Shown here in pieces: positions 22,451 to 32,837 of a stretch of DNA of 64,000 nt. The notes under the pieces were generated by a model. It had not been told where the DNA came from. It saw only the letters and a list, made by a program, of their open reading frames with translations, and made no database searches. Source of the stretch: an uncultured Nitrososphaerales archaeon (GTDB taxonomy: Archaea; Thermoproteota; Nitrososphaeria; Nitrososphaerales; Nitrososphaeraceae); contig CAVQMO010000001.1 in assembly GCA_963713605.1 (NCBI GenBank), positions 768,001 through 832,000 on the forward strand, read 5' to 3'. The first letter of the stretch is position 1; each line of letters opens with the position of its first letter. The position numbers were made by a program, and so were the translations under genes.

Positions 22451-23872
22451 TTGCCAAGTCTATCATCTTTGAGCTTAGAGGATATTAGTGCCTTATCGTC
22501 ACTTTATGGCGAGCCTGAATGGATGAGTCGTATAAGAGAGCGGAACTTCGTAAAGTACCAATCACTTCCACACGAAATATCGCCTTTATATTCCAAATAT
22601 TCTGATGTTAATCGACTTTATCCGGATCGGGTAGAGTTATCCGTAGCATCTAACTCATCGGAGTCAAGCGAATTTTTATCAGATAGAATGAATGAACTAG
22701 ACAAAGATGTCGGCCTAATAAGGGCCGGATCTACGGTAATCAAGCTCAATAAGAGTGATTTAGAATCAGCAGGAGATACTATTGTTATAGAGGATCTTTC
22801 CAAGGCAGTCGAAAGTCACGAAGGAAAGATTAAGGACGCTTTGTTGAAACATGCAGGAGGTCAAGACGAAGATAAGTTTTTAGCCCTTGAATCCTCTGCC
22901 TTCAGATCTGGGATATTTATTTACATTCCTAAGAATATTATTGTCGAAAACCCAATTAGGCTAGTTTGTGCGCTCAGTCAGGATAAGGCATCTTCTATCA
23001 GTCGTAATCTGTTTATCGCCGACGAAGGCTCAAAATGTACTATCGTTCAAGAATTGTACTCTCCCAGCGCTCCAGGGCCTTCAAGTGTTCAGCAGGGAGT
23101 CTTTGAACTGACAGAATGTCACGTCGGTTACGGGTCTAATTTAGAGATGATAACCCTTGAGGCTCTAGATTCAAGCAATATTTCATTTTTGAACAAGAAG
23201 GCATGGGTTGAACGGGATGCAAAGATGTCATGGTATCATGGCTTGTTTGGAGGTCAAACTACTAGATGTAAGGTAGACAGTATCATGATTGGCACTGGGT
23301 CTTCTGCTGAGGATGTTGAGATCATTTTCGGTAATGCTACTCAGTCTTTTGATATCACATCGAATCTGAACCACATCGGCAGGCATTCCAGAGGTCGAGT
23401 GTTGGTCAAATCTGTAATGCGTGATAAATCAAAATCCTTGTTTAAGGGTATGATAAAGATTGGGAACGATGCTAAAGCATCTGAATCCTATCTTGCCGGC
23501 CACGCTATCTTGTTGGATAAGGACGCAAAATCTGATGCGATACCAGGCTTGGAGATCGAGACTAATGAAGTAAGGGCAACTCATGCGGCCTCGGTGGCTC
23601 AAATTGATGAGGCCCAAATATACTATTTAATGTGTAGAGGACTGGATAGAGATTCTGCAAAGCGTGAGATTGTGAGTGGATTTCTAGAACCATTGTCTAG
23701 AAAGATGGGCCCCACTATCAGGGCATGGATCAACTACCTGTTAGAAAATAAATGGTCTGGAAAGCCTCTCATTCTTAAGGCTGATGATGCTCTGGAACAG
23801 ATGTTGGAAGTAGAGAGATCAAGGTATAGAGAGTCACAGGATTTGTTCGAAAAGCACTACAAGTATCGGTAG
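22451..23872 (+). CDS. sufD: Fe-S cluster assembly protein SufD
   Basis: SufBD beta-helix; PGLEIETNEVRATHAASV, YYLMCRGL; follows sufB. Confidence 0.9.
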   Translation: MPSLSSLSLEDISALSSLYGEPEWMSRIRERNFVKYQSLPHEISPLYSKYSDVNRLYPDRVELSVASNSSESSEFLSDRMNELDKDVGLIRAGSTVIKLNKSDLESAGDTIVIEDLSKAVESHEGKIKDALLKHAGGQDEDKFLALESSAFRSGIFIYIPKNIIVENPIRLVCALSQDKASSISRNLFIADEGSKCTIVQELYSPSAPGPSSVQQGVFELTECHVGYGSNLEMITLEALDSSNISFLNKKAWVERDAKMSWYHGLFGGQTTRCKVDSIMIGTGSSAEDVEIIFGNATQSFDITSNLNHIGRHSRGRVLVKSVMRDKSKSLFKGMIKIGNDAKASESYLAGHAILLDKDAKSDAIPGLEIETNEVRATHAASVAQIDEAQIYYLMCRGLDRDSAKREIVSGFLEPLSRKMGPTIRAWINYLLENKWSGKPLILKADDALEQMLEVERSRYRESQDLFEKHYKYR

Positions 23873-23893
23873 AATTAGTCGTAGCAACTTTAC

Positions 23894-24425
23894 TCAATAC
23901 CCCTGCAAAACCTCATTCAGTTTAATTCTCAAATTCGTCATGCTGATCGGCTTTATGATAAAGTCCTTCACGTCAATGGATGGGAGGTACCTTACTGAAT
24001 TCTTCTTTATTTATTTCAAAAGCTGTGATGAAGACGATTTTCATCGATGGATTTTTCTCTTTGATCTTACGGTATAACTCAAATCCATTCATCCGTGGCA
24101 TCCGAATATCAGTCAGAACAAGATTGTAATAATCATGTGGATGGCTATCTAAAGCTTCTAGTGCATTCCAGCCGTTAGTAAAAGTCTCTACCATGAAGGT
24201 ATCTCCAACTCGTTTCGCATCGTGTTCCCTAAATTCGCCTTGGTTCGATGCTCCTTCATTTTGTTGCGTATCTGGAATACTCGTATCGCTTGAGGCCGGC
24301 ATTTCCGAAGCTGAGGAGGAGAGAGGAGATTCGAGATCCCGCTTAATTATTCTAAGTATATCCTTCTCGTCATCAACAACCATAATTCTAGGAAGCACGT
24401 CCCTATCAAGATTGTTGACCATCAC
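23894..24425 (-). CDS. Stand-alone response regulator receiver protein with internal insertion (frameshift near 23990)
   Basis: VVDDE, TDIRMPRMNG, ITA; shifted frame continues LPSIDVKDFIIKPISMTNLRIKLNEVLQGY*. Confidence 0.88.
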
Positions 24426-24607
24426 TATTCCAGAAAATTACTAGTATTTAATTTTATCAAATAGCCAGTTGCACAAATAACCCCTGTTACAAAAAGGTTT
24501 GTCGTGGTGATCTATGCCATTTCTTTTTGAATGAAAGTCTTTGTAAACTGCTCAAGAGACTGTCATCATAGTAGGGCTAAAGTTCCCCAATTAATAGGAG
24601 AAATCTC

Positions 24608-24793
24608 CTATCTATCAAACTTGTAATTCGAGGTGAATGGACTATCGGACAGGATCATTTCTACCTTTGTAATTCGAGTATGGCCTGTTTGTGTCTTGTG
24701 ATCACTGACGTCTGCGTGAAAAATGAAATGCGAATCACATTCCTGACATATCCAAATCATCTTTAGGTCTTCTGGGTGCATATATATGTACAA
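24608..24793 (-). CDS. Small C2H2 zinc-finger protein
   Basis: WICQEC-x12-HKTQTGH. Confidence 0.75.
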   Translation of the reverse strand: MYIYMHPEDLKMIWICQECDSHFIFHADVSDHKTQTGHTRITKVEMILSDSPFTSNYKFDR

Positions 24794-24979
24794 AACTGCC
24801 TTTAATTGGATTTAAGAGATGAGTAACATATCTCTTAGCAATCTTATCCTCCATTAGCCCGTGCAAAAGGTTCATCATAAAGCCTTAAAACAAAAATCAT
24901 TGGAATGTACCATCCGCATGCTATACGATGATTCAACATAAACATATTTTTTGTAAATCCACTATATGACATGTATATA

Positions 24980-26797
24980 TTAATTCAAGGGGAGTGTGAA
25001 CTTGAATGTAGCTCCTTTTACCTCATTATTTTCTGCCCAAATGATTCCCCCATGGGCTTCGACTATCTTTTTTGATATAAATAGCCCTAGCCCTGTTCCG
25101 TTCTCCGATGACGAAACAAATTTAGAGAATAATTTGGGCATAATTTCACTCTCTATGCCTGAACCGGTGTCCTTGACCGTTATTTCTATATCTTTTTTAT
25201 TTCTAATCACACTTATTGTGATTTTTCCTTCATTTGTGAATCTTACTGCGTTATCAATTAGATTTATAATAACTTGAAGAATCCTAGCCTTATCAGCAAC
25301 GATATTGCACCGGAACGGTTCGTAAATTATTTCCCAGTTTTTTGAATTCCCGGACAATTGTCTCTGAGTTGTTTCTCGTATGGCCCTATGAATAAGATGA
25401 TCTAAATCAAAGTTCTCCTTGTTGAGTTTGAGGGTCTTGCTTTCAATTCGGGTGACGTCCAAGATATCTGACGCAAGGCGATCTAGTCTCTTTGCATTAA
25501 GAATTATTGGTCGAATTTGATCTTCACCCACTAGGATCCGACTCTGGTTGCCATGAAATCTATGAGAAAGAAACTCCGCCTCGCTCAGTATTGGAAGTAT
25601 GGGAGTTTTGAGCTCATGAGCTGCTATATCTATGAATTCCTTCTGAATCCTATCATGTGCTTGCAACTGCTCGTTTGTCCCAGCTAAAAGTCGATTTGAA
25701 TCACCTAGGGAAACATTTGCTTTTTCTAATTCTCTAGTCCGCTCGCGGACTGCCTTTTCGAGCTTCTTATTCCATGATAAGATCAGAACCGCAATGCCCA
25801 CTGCTATTAGTGCAATTACAATTATTATTTGACTGCTCAAGTTCTTCTGTTGTTCTATGACTAGTCCGACGTCGGTCGCCAAATTATGCGGGGAGCCTAA
25901 AAATAGTGTCCATATGTGTTTTCCATCTACATTTATTGGCTGGTACGAAATGGTCGTTGTGGTTCGATTGAAGGTAATGTCTTCAGCCCCAGGAGTCGCT
26001 TCCAAGGAGCGTGTAAGAATTCCAATATACTCTGATTTCACTTGATTAGGAACAGTTGCTTGAAAGTCGTCGGATTCGTAGTTTTTTCCTACCAAGGATT
26101 GATTCCGGGCGTAAAGTATAGTGCCATTCTTATCCATCAAACCCACATTACTAATAAATTCAGGTGAAATTTCATTCTGCAAGAATGCACCCAGTGAATC
26201 CAGATTTACAACCGCAACTATTACTCCATCGAATGCCGCTTCGCCCTCTGCATTATTAGTGTCATTGTTCTTTGTTGACATAATTGGATACGAAATGTAG
26301 AATCTTGGCAGCATATCCGGTGAATCAATGGCGTTGCTGTAATAGGGAACGTGAGTAGATTGAGGAATCCTATAAAACTCCCTGTCACTTAAATCAAATC
26401 CACGGTAGCCTTCTAATTCGCTTGTGTTCTGTGTGCTCCAGGCGGTAAGTTTACCGTCTTTGTCTAACCAGTAGTACCCTTCGGTAAGCTCAGAAGTCGA
26501 AGACTGCGTATTGTTGAGAAGCGTTAGACCACCATCCACGTGTCCATCATGGATTGGTTGTGAATTTGCTAAAGATCTCAAATTACTTGTCACAGATTCA
26601 AGCGTGTGCAGAAGAATCTGAGAGAGATCGTGCGCTTCAATTCGTGCATTAGATCTAACATCGACAGAAGCAATTCTTGCAATTTCATCGGCAGTATATG
26701 CCGAATATCTAAAAGAAATAACAGAAAGAGAAAGCCCTATAAGTGCAATCACTAGCAGAAGTACGATATTTTTTCTTGAAAAAATAATACCCGCCAA
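24980..26797 (-). CDS. Membrane sensor histidine kinase with extracellular dCache domain
   Basis: Two TM helices; DLSDREFY Cache motif; H-box AAHELKTP, NLIDNA, DTGSGI, GTGLGL. Confidence 0.95.
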   Translation of the reverse strand: MAGIIFSRKNIVLLLVIALIGLSLSVISFRYSAYTADEIARIASVDVRSNARIEAHDLSQILLHTLESVTSNLRSLANSQPIHDGHVDGGLTLLNNTQSSTSELTEGYYWLDKDGKLTAWSTQNTSELEGYRGFDLSDREFYRIPQSTHVPYYSNAIDSPDMLPRFYISYPIMSTKNNDTNNAEGEAAFDGVIVAVVNLDSLGAFLQNEISPEFISNVGLMDKNGTILYARNQSLVGKNYESDDFQATVPNQVKSEYIGILTRSLEATPGAEDITFNRTTTTISYQPINVDGKHIWTLFLGSPHNLATDVGLVIEQQKNLSSQIIIVIALIAVGIAVLILSWNKKLEKAVRERTRELEKANVSLGDSNRLLAGTNEQLQAHDRIQKEFIDIAAHELKTPILPILSEAEFLSHRFHGNQSRILVGEDQIRPIILNAKRLDRLASDILDVTRIESKTLKLNKENFDLDHLIHRAIRETTQRQLSGNSKNWEIIYEPFRCNIVADKARILQVIINLIDNAVRFTNEGKITISVIRNKKDIEITVKDTGSGIESEIMPKLFSKFVSSSENGTGLGLFISKKIVEAHGGIIWAENNEVKGATFKFTLPLN

Positions 26798-26895
26798 TGG
26801 TTAGTACAACGTTTAAACGCATTTCGGGTAGATAAGTCATGCCAAAAAGTCATCCGAAAGGAGGAACGATCTGATTTGCCATCTAATTAGATACC

Positions 26896-26941
26896 CATGT
26901 CGTCCTAGTATATGTATTTCTTGAACATGTCGTCCTAGTAT
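26896..26941. repeat. 16-bp direct repeat CATGTCGTCCTAGTAT x2 (30-bp period) in a divergent promoter
   Basis: Exact copies at 26896 and 26926. Confidence 0.8.
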
Positions 26942-27003
26942 TAAGTATATGTGTTTCTTTATATTTAATAAACATATATCTCCATTAATCGATATCTATT
27001 GAA

Positions 27004-27321
27004 ATGTCCCTTCCAAAGAGATGCTCACATCAAGAGGAATATTTTAGCTGCACACTACCACCTTCTTATATAATTTCAATTCAAGAAGGAAAAGACGAGT
27101 TCCTAGTAGGTGTATACTGTGAAAGACACAGCAGGGAGATGGAAATGAATCTGGCTTCGGTACTGCGAAGAGAAAATAGTCCGGAAAGGAACATGAAAAT
27201 TGAAAAATTGAGATTTGTATCAACTGAATGTATACGTACATGCACTACGAATCGGCCCATTTCCGAGCGATCTTCAAGCTTTAATGACAGTCAACTAATG
27301 AACGAGAGGGAAGACTCTTAG
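27004..27321 (+). CDS. Cys-rich hypothetical protein
   Basis: 105-aa ORF with C..C..CERH and TECIRTC motifs. Confidence 0.7.
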   Translation: MSLPKRCSHQEEYFSCTLPPSYIISIQEGKDEFLVGVYCERHSREMEMNLASVLRRENSPERNMKIEKLRFVSTECIRTCTTNRPISERSSSFNDSQLMNEREDS

Positions 27322-27333
27322 CTAAGCAAAATT

Positions 27334-28020
27334 GTGTATTTGGAAAAAAATATTATTGGGATTATAATGAACACCAGGGGTCTGAATAGACTGATGGACC
27401 CCTTTGAAAAAGCTCTATTGGCATCGGTGTATGTGAGTAATATTGAACCTAGTATCAGTTCTATTGATAGACTTAGGTCGAGAATGTATCTACCTATAAA
27501 GATATTTAATGACAAAATACGACACATGATTTCTATTGGTCTACTAGAAAAGGATACTCCGCCAAGACTGAGTTTCTTGGGGCGGGACGCTATAAAAGTA
27601 GTTTTAGTCGGCGGCGTTTTCGATGTAATTCATCCCGGTCATATCCATACACTCAAGGCAGCAAAACAACATGGGGATGTCCTGGTAGTCGTAATAGCTC
27701 GGACATCTACAGCGGCTAAAATAAAGAAAGGTAGAAGGATCTATCATGGTGAGAATTTGAGAAAGGAACTTGTTTCGTCCCTTTCATTCGTGGATCTGGC
27801 TATAATTGGCAGTCAAGTGTCATTATATGACACGGTAGAACGTGTATCACCGGATATTATTGCCTTAGGCTATGATCAGATCCATAGCGAAAAGGAGATC
27901 TCTCAGAACTGTAAGGATAGAAACTTGGCAGTAAGGATCATTAGACTAAACACCCCGGTTCCGGGCATTAAGAGTTCACAGATCAAGGATGAAATGGGGA
28001 ATTCAATTTATGGTATCTAA
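27334..28020 (+). CDS. ribL: FAD synthase (cytidylyltransferase family) with N-terminal helical extension
   Basis: GGVFDVIHPGHIH, PDIIALGYDQ; next to ribK; start codon uncertain. Confidence 0.88.
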   Translation: MYLEKNIIGIIMNTRGLNRLMDPFEKALLASVYVSNIEPSISSIDRLRSRMYLPIKIFNDKIRHMISIGLLEKDTPPRLSFLGRDAIKVVLVGGVFDVIHPGHIHTLKAAKQHGDVLVVVIARTSTAAKIKKGRRIYHGENLRKELVSSLSFVDLAIIGSQVSLYDTVERVSPDIIALGYDQIHSEKEISQNCKDRNLAVRIIRLNTPVPGIKSSQIKDEMGNSIYGI

Positions 28021-28731
28021 GTGGCCGCAAGTTGAGGACCTTTTGAAGTCATAGTTACAAATACCTTGACAGAGTCTCCATTTTTGATTCCCAATGAATC
28101 CTTAATACAAACAGGTGCAATTACCTCCAGCATACTGTTATCGTAGTGAGTTCTTTCCAGAACTATAACTGCAGCTTTGTCTAGAGCCCCATCGTTTAAG
28201 ATGGCAGGGTAGCATTTAACCCATCCATAGGATCTTGAAGTATCAGTAAATCCTCGAACGAATATCGAAGGATAATTGTCCATCATACTTCTCATCCGCA
28301 TGGATGATTGATTGAGTAGCTTTAAGTTTAATGTTCCAGCGTAAGGTTCATAGCCAAGTTTTTCATTGAACTGGCTTCGATAGCCATCCAATGACATATA
28401 GTAGGCACCTTCTCCCATGCCCGAAACGACCTTACCATCCAGTTGCAAACCCGATCTGTCAAGAATTTCTACGGAGTCTCTTGATAGTCTCGTGCAGATT
28501 AAGTACCTCGTCAACCCCTCTGTCAGTAATCATTATCCTGAATTTCTGACCCGCTTTTGTTCGTTCCAGTAATCCCGCCTTCTCTAACTCTACAAGATAC
28601 TTGGAAGCGGATTGTTGGGATCTGTTAATAATGTTGCCAAGTTCTGTGGTCGTGATCTCAACACACGGTCCTCCTTTTCCGAACTTCAACAAATATGCTA
28701 AGGTGAGGATATGTTGCAGGTTGGGATGCAT
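28017..28731 (-). CDS. ribK: CTP-dependent riboflavin kinase with N-terminal wHTH (RbkR type; frameshift near 28460)
   Basis: RSQQSASKYL HTH; VSGMGEGAYY, PYAGTLN, LERTHY. Confidence 0.92.
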
Positions 28732-30010
28732 CTAATTGGGGATACCCAATTCTTCAAAAGTATGTACCTTGACCGTAGAAGGCTTCTTGCTCGCCGTGGT
28801 TCTATGGCCTACAATGTATTCGATCCCTGCTCGATCTGCAACATCTATGAGCCTCTGAGTGACGATCCCATCTAGAACTAGAAATTTTCCACCCTCATTA
28901 TCCCCCAGCTGTTTTACAATATCTGAAACGGGCACCTTGACTAGAATCCTCATAGAATCGTCCAACAGCACCGCTTCTAAAGTCTCATTTATCTCAGAAA
29001 ACACATTTTGCACCTTCAATACCATCTCTTGGTCATGTTCTGCTTGCAAAATCTCCTTTCCCTCGTGGTCAGCGATCCTGGTAGTTCGCCCTCCATAGGA
29101 TTGGGGGCTAGTTTCTGATTCTTCTTCATGCTTTCGATAATTATGTTTTGTATCCTGTGGCTGTTGTGTCGCAGTAGACCTAGTATGGTGTGCAATAGCG
29201 GGATGACCAACAGCTTCGCGCAATATCTCAGCGATCTCGAGGGGGGTGCATTCCTCAACCTCTCTCCCATTGGGAGCTCTGAGCACCTTATCTATCTTAA
29301 CTAAACCATGCAGTTCTTTCAAAATAAGATCGCCCGCTCTGTCTCCGTCAAGAAATGCCACAACTCTCTTACCTTCAGTTAGTTTAATTATACTTTCATC
29401 GACTTTCGCTCCTTCTATTGCGATAGCGTTGTCGAAGCCAGCCCTAAGTAGATTTATGACATCTGCTCGTCCTTCAACCAGAATAATCCAATCAGAATCA
29501 AAAACGCCTGTGCCACATGCCAGCCTGTGCTTTACCAAATGCCGTTAGCTTACCAGGCTTGCTAGCATCGTACACGTCTTTAAGCATTTCCTCCCCCTCG
29601 CTTATGGTCTTAGTTGCCCATTCTTGGACTATCCTCTTTGCACGGTCTACGATAATCTTTTTCTTTATTGCTCTGATATCGTCTATGCCGACTAGGAGGA
29701 ACTTCGCTTGAAACGGACCTACTTTATCAATACTTTCAATTGCCGCTGCAATCAACGCGGCGGTTGAGATATCTGTACTCATGGGTATAACTGCGTCTCC
29801 CTTAGCTATGTTAGATCTCGTATCAACATTTACTTCAATTCTTCCTACCTTCGAAACCTTCTGTAATTCATTCAAGTTCATCTCTGGTCCAAGAAGACCT
29901 TCTGTCTGTCCAAAAATGGCGCCAATTATATCCGCCTTCTCAACCAGTCCATCTACTTCGAATTTTAATTTAACATGATATTTAACAATACCTGTATTAG
30001 GCAATCTCAT
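28732..30010 (-). CDS. dnaG: Archaeal DnaG (exosome-associated, TOPRIM; frameshift near 29530)
   Basis: DIIGAIFGQTEGLLG, VEGRADVINLL, FLDGDRAG, LDGIVTQRL. Confidence 0.95.
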
Positions 30011-30131
30011 AACCTCATTATTATTAAGTGAATGTAAGGTGAGCTGGCCAGAATATAAGTGCTTTGAAGGAACAAATTCTAAATTTATGACTCTACATTT
30101 CGTTTCCTTTGAGTAAGATAAAAGTATAATG

Positions 30132-30551
30132 TCAAGAATAATTAGGTAAAAATTTTGATCCTGCGTTCTGGTAGGAGCCTATGTCCTCAATATGACGAAC
30201 TTTTCCATTCGTAATTTCACATAATTTCTTCTTATAGGTAAGATTTACATTGCTGCCTATTCTCTGAAGGAGAGAAACTAGTCTGCTAGTCAAGTATTTT
30301 CCAGTTCGATCCATATCCAATAAAAGAATAATCTTTTTGTCAGTCATTTGATGGCTGTCGACAAAATCTAAAATCCCCTTGAATCTGTTATACACAGTAA
30401 CTTCACCAATGAAACCCAACCTTGTGAGGGCCGCCGAATCTCGCTTCCCCTCGACCACTATTATGGAACCATTTTCAGACTCATGGTTTAAAGTGCGAAT
30501 AAATTCACTAATCCTCTCAAAGACAGCTGCGTCAGTATTTCGGTAGACCAT
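30132..30551 (-). CDS. Small TOPRIM-domain protein
   Basis: IIVVEGKRD ... LLDMDRTG. Confidence 0.88.
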   Translation of the reverse strand: MVYRNTDAAVFERISEFIRTLNHESENGSIIVVEGKRDSAALTRLGFIGEVTVYNRFKGILDFVDSHQMTDKKIILLLDMDRTGKYLTSRLVSLLQRIGSNVNLTYKKKLCEITNGKVRHIEDIGSYQNAGSKFLPNYS

Positions 30552-30698
30552 GTTGTGACAAAAAACAATCGCCTTTAAAAGGATACGTGTATACTAAAAG
30601 GCAATTCAGTTTTTTCTATTTTCTTATCTTACAAAGACAAAGTAGGACTATCCAAATAAGGGAGGATAGCTTCATTGATTATTGAGGGCAAATCATAA

Positions 30699-31031
30699 TT
30701 GGTTTTCTCGTCAATGGAAATGAATATTGCAGGTGCCGAGTGGTTCATAATTGCTTTTGTGTTTATCGTCCTTTTCTTTGGTTCAAAAAACTTAGCTTCT
30801 TTTTCAAGAACGATTGGCAGAGCCATGGCGGAATATCAAAAAGCTAAAAGTGGAATTGAAAGGGAAATGTCGTCGACAAACCTCCCCCTTATCAGCCCCA
30901 AAATTTCTCCCATTTCTTCTGAGCGAGAGAAGCTTGAAATAATTGCAAAGTCCCTTGGAATTGAATACCAAAACCTACCTGACGACACTTTGAGAGATAT
31001 GGTCTCCAGAAAATTGCAGGATACTGGCTAA
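30699..31031 (+). CDS. tatA: Twin-arginine translocase TatA/TatE subunit
   Basis: EWFIIAFVFIVLFFGSKNL..RTIGRAMAEYQKA; start probably 30720. Confidence 0.85.
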   Translation: MVFSSMEMNIAGAEWFIIAFVFIVLFFGSKNLASFSRTIGRAMAEYQKAKSGIEREMSSTNLPLISPKISPISSEREKLEIIAKSLGIEYQNLPDDTLRDMVSRKLQDTG

Positions 31032-31106
31032 TTGCAGACGAAGTGATTCTAAAGTGTGTCTCAAGCAATTCAACACTTAAATACACCAAATTTTTCTGAT
31101 GATCTA

Positions 31107-32362
31107 ATGTCAGAATCGCTTAATCCATTTGAGGTTGCTGTAAGACAGCTGAGACGAGGCCGCAAAACTGGCAAAACTTGACAAGGGCATGAGAGATATT
31201 CTCGCAAGCCCAAATCGTGTTTTGACAGTAGCAGTTCCGGCAAGGATGGACAATGGAGAAATAAAGGTTTACACCGGCTTCAGATCACAACATAATTCTG
31301 CGCGGGGACCTTACAAAGGTGGTATCCGATACCACCCACAGGTTACCGTTGATGAAGTTAAGGCATTATCAATGTGGATGACTTGGAAATGTGCCATTGC
31401 CAACATACCGTATGGTGGTGGTAAGGGAGGCATAATTTGCAACCCCAAAAAGTTGTCAGAGAATGAAATTGAAAGGATCACAAGAAGATATGCCTATTCG
31501 ATCGCAGATATCATCGGGCCGTTGACTGACATTCCTGCCCCTGATGTATATACAGGAGGAAGGGAAATGGCATGGATAATGGATACTTATTCGGCTCTTA
31601 AGGGGAATTATTTGCAACCCGATGTAGTTACAGGTAAGCCTCTTTCAATCGGCGGCTCCCTAGGACGTAACGAAGCCACGGGGCGGGGAGTGTCTATTAC
31701 AGTACGGGAGGCCGCAAAGAAGCTTGGCATCAATTTGAAAGGTGCCAAGGTTGCTATTCAAGGATTCGGTAATGCAGGACAATTTGCTCGCTATTCTCTT
31801 AACCGAGATGGGAATGAAAGTGATTGCAGTGTCGGACTCTAGAGGTTCAATTCATAATCCGGATGGAATAGATGTCGAGTCACTCCGGATTCACAAGTTG
31901 AAAAATGGTACAGTTGCGGATTTCCAAGGTGCAAGTCCGATAGACGATAGTGAGCTCCTGGAGCTTGATTGTACTGTGTTGGTTCCTGCAGCATTAGAAA
32001 ATCAGATTACAAGATCTAACGCAGGAAAGATAAAGGCAAAAATAGTTGCGGAAGCGGCAAATGGACCTACAACTCCAGATGCAGACGATATCTTGTTTGG
32101 AAACAATGTGTTGGTTATTCCAGATATCCTAGCCAACGGAGGTGGAGTAACAGTTTCTTATTTTGAATGGTTGCAGAACTTACGAAGAGAGTATTGGAGT
32201 GAGGAGGAAGTAAATACCAGGTTGGATTCTAACATATCGTCCGCATTCAATGATGTGTATAGCAATCACAAAGAATTCAACGTCAATATGAGAAAGGCTA
32301 GCACATTACTTGCAATAAATAGAGTGGTCGAAGCAATGAAAATTAGAGGGCTATGGCCGTAG
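31107..32362 (+). CDS. gdhA: Glutamate dehydrogenase (two frameshifts, near 31152 and 31790)
   Basis: MSESLNPFEVA start; GPYKGGIRY, GGGKGG, PAPDV, QGFGNAG, EAANGP, NGGGVTVSYFEW. Confidence 0.95.
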
Positions 32363-32388
32363 GATCTGTTTTTATTTAGTCGCACTTA

Positions 32389-32739
32389 TCACTCAGTGCT
32401 GAAAGAATGTCCACAAGAGCAACTCTTTGTGACATTAGGATTGTTTATTTTGAATCCTGATCCCATTAGACTTTCCACGTAATCAATATTGGCGCCATTC
32501 AAATGCCTCTGGCTATAGGTATCTACCAAAACCTTGACCCCATTTTGCTCAATTACACTGTCATCATCATCAGGCTTTTCTTCGAAACCCATTCCATATG
32601 ATAGACCAGAACATCCTCCACCTGACACATAAACGCGTAAGTAGAGATTAGTATTACCTTCCTGTTTCATAAATTCAGCTACCTTCTCTGCAGCTTTGTT
32701 CGTTATAGTTACGTTTTGACTCTGTTGTGCACTTTCCAT
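32389..32739 (-). CDS. erpA: A-type Fe-S cluster carrier (ErpA/IscA/HesB)
   Basis: GGGCSG and CSCGHSF. Confidence 0.92.
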   Translation of the reverse strand: MESAQQSQNVTITNKAAEKVAEFMKQEGNTNLYLRVYVSGGGCSGLSYGMGFEEKPDDDDSVIEQNGVKVLVDTYSQRHLNGANIDYVESLMGSGFKINNPNVTKSCSCGHSFSTE

Positions 32740-32837
32740 ACTATCACGTACGGTAGAATAAATATAATAACTTTTGCTTGAAAATAAGAAGAATTTTTTA
32801 TAGATGAATCGTCACTGGGTTACCAAATGTTGTCTGA

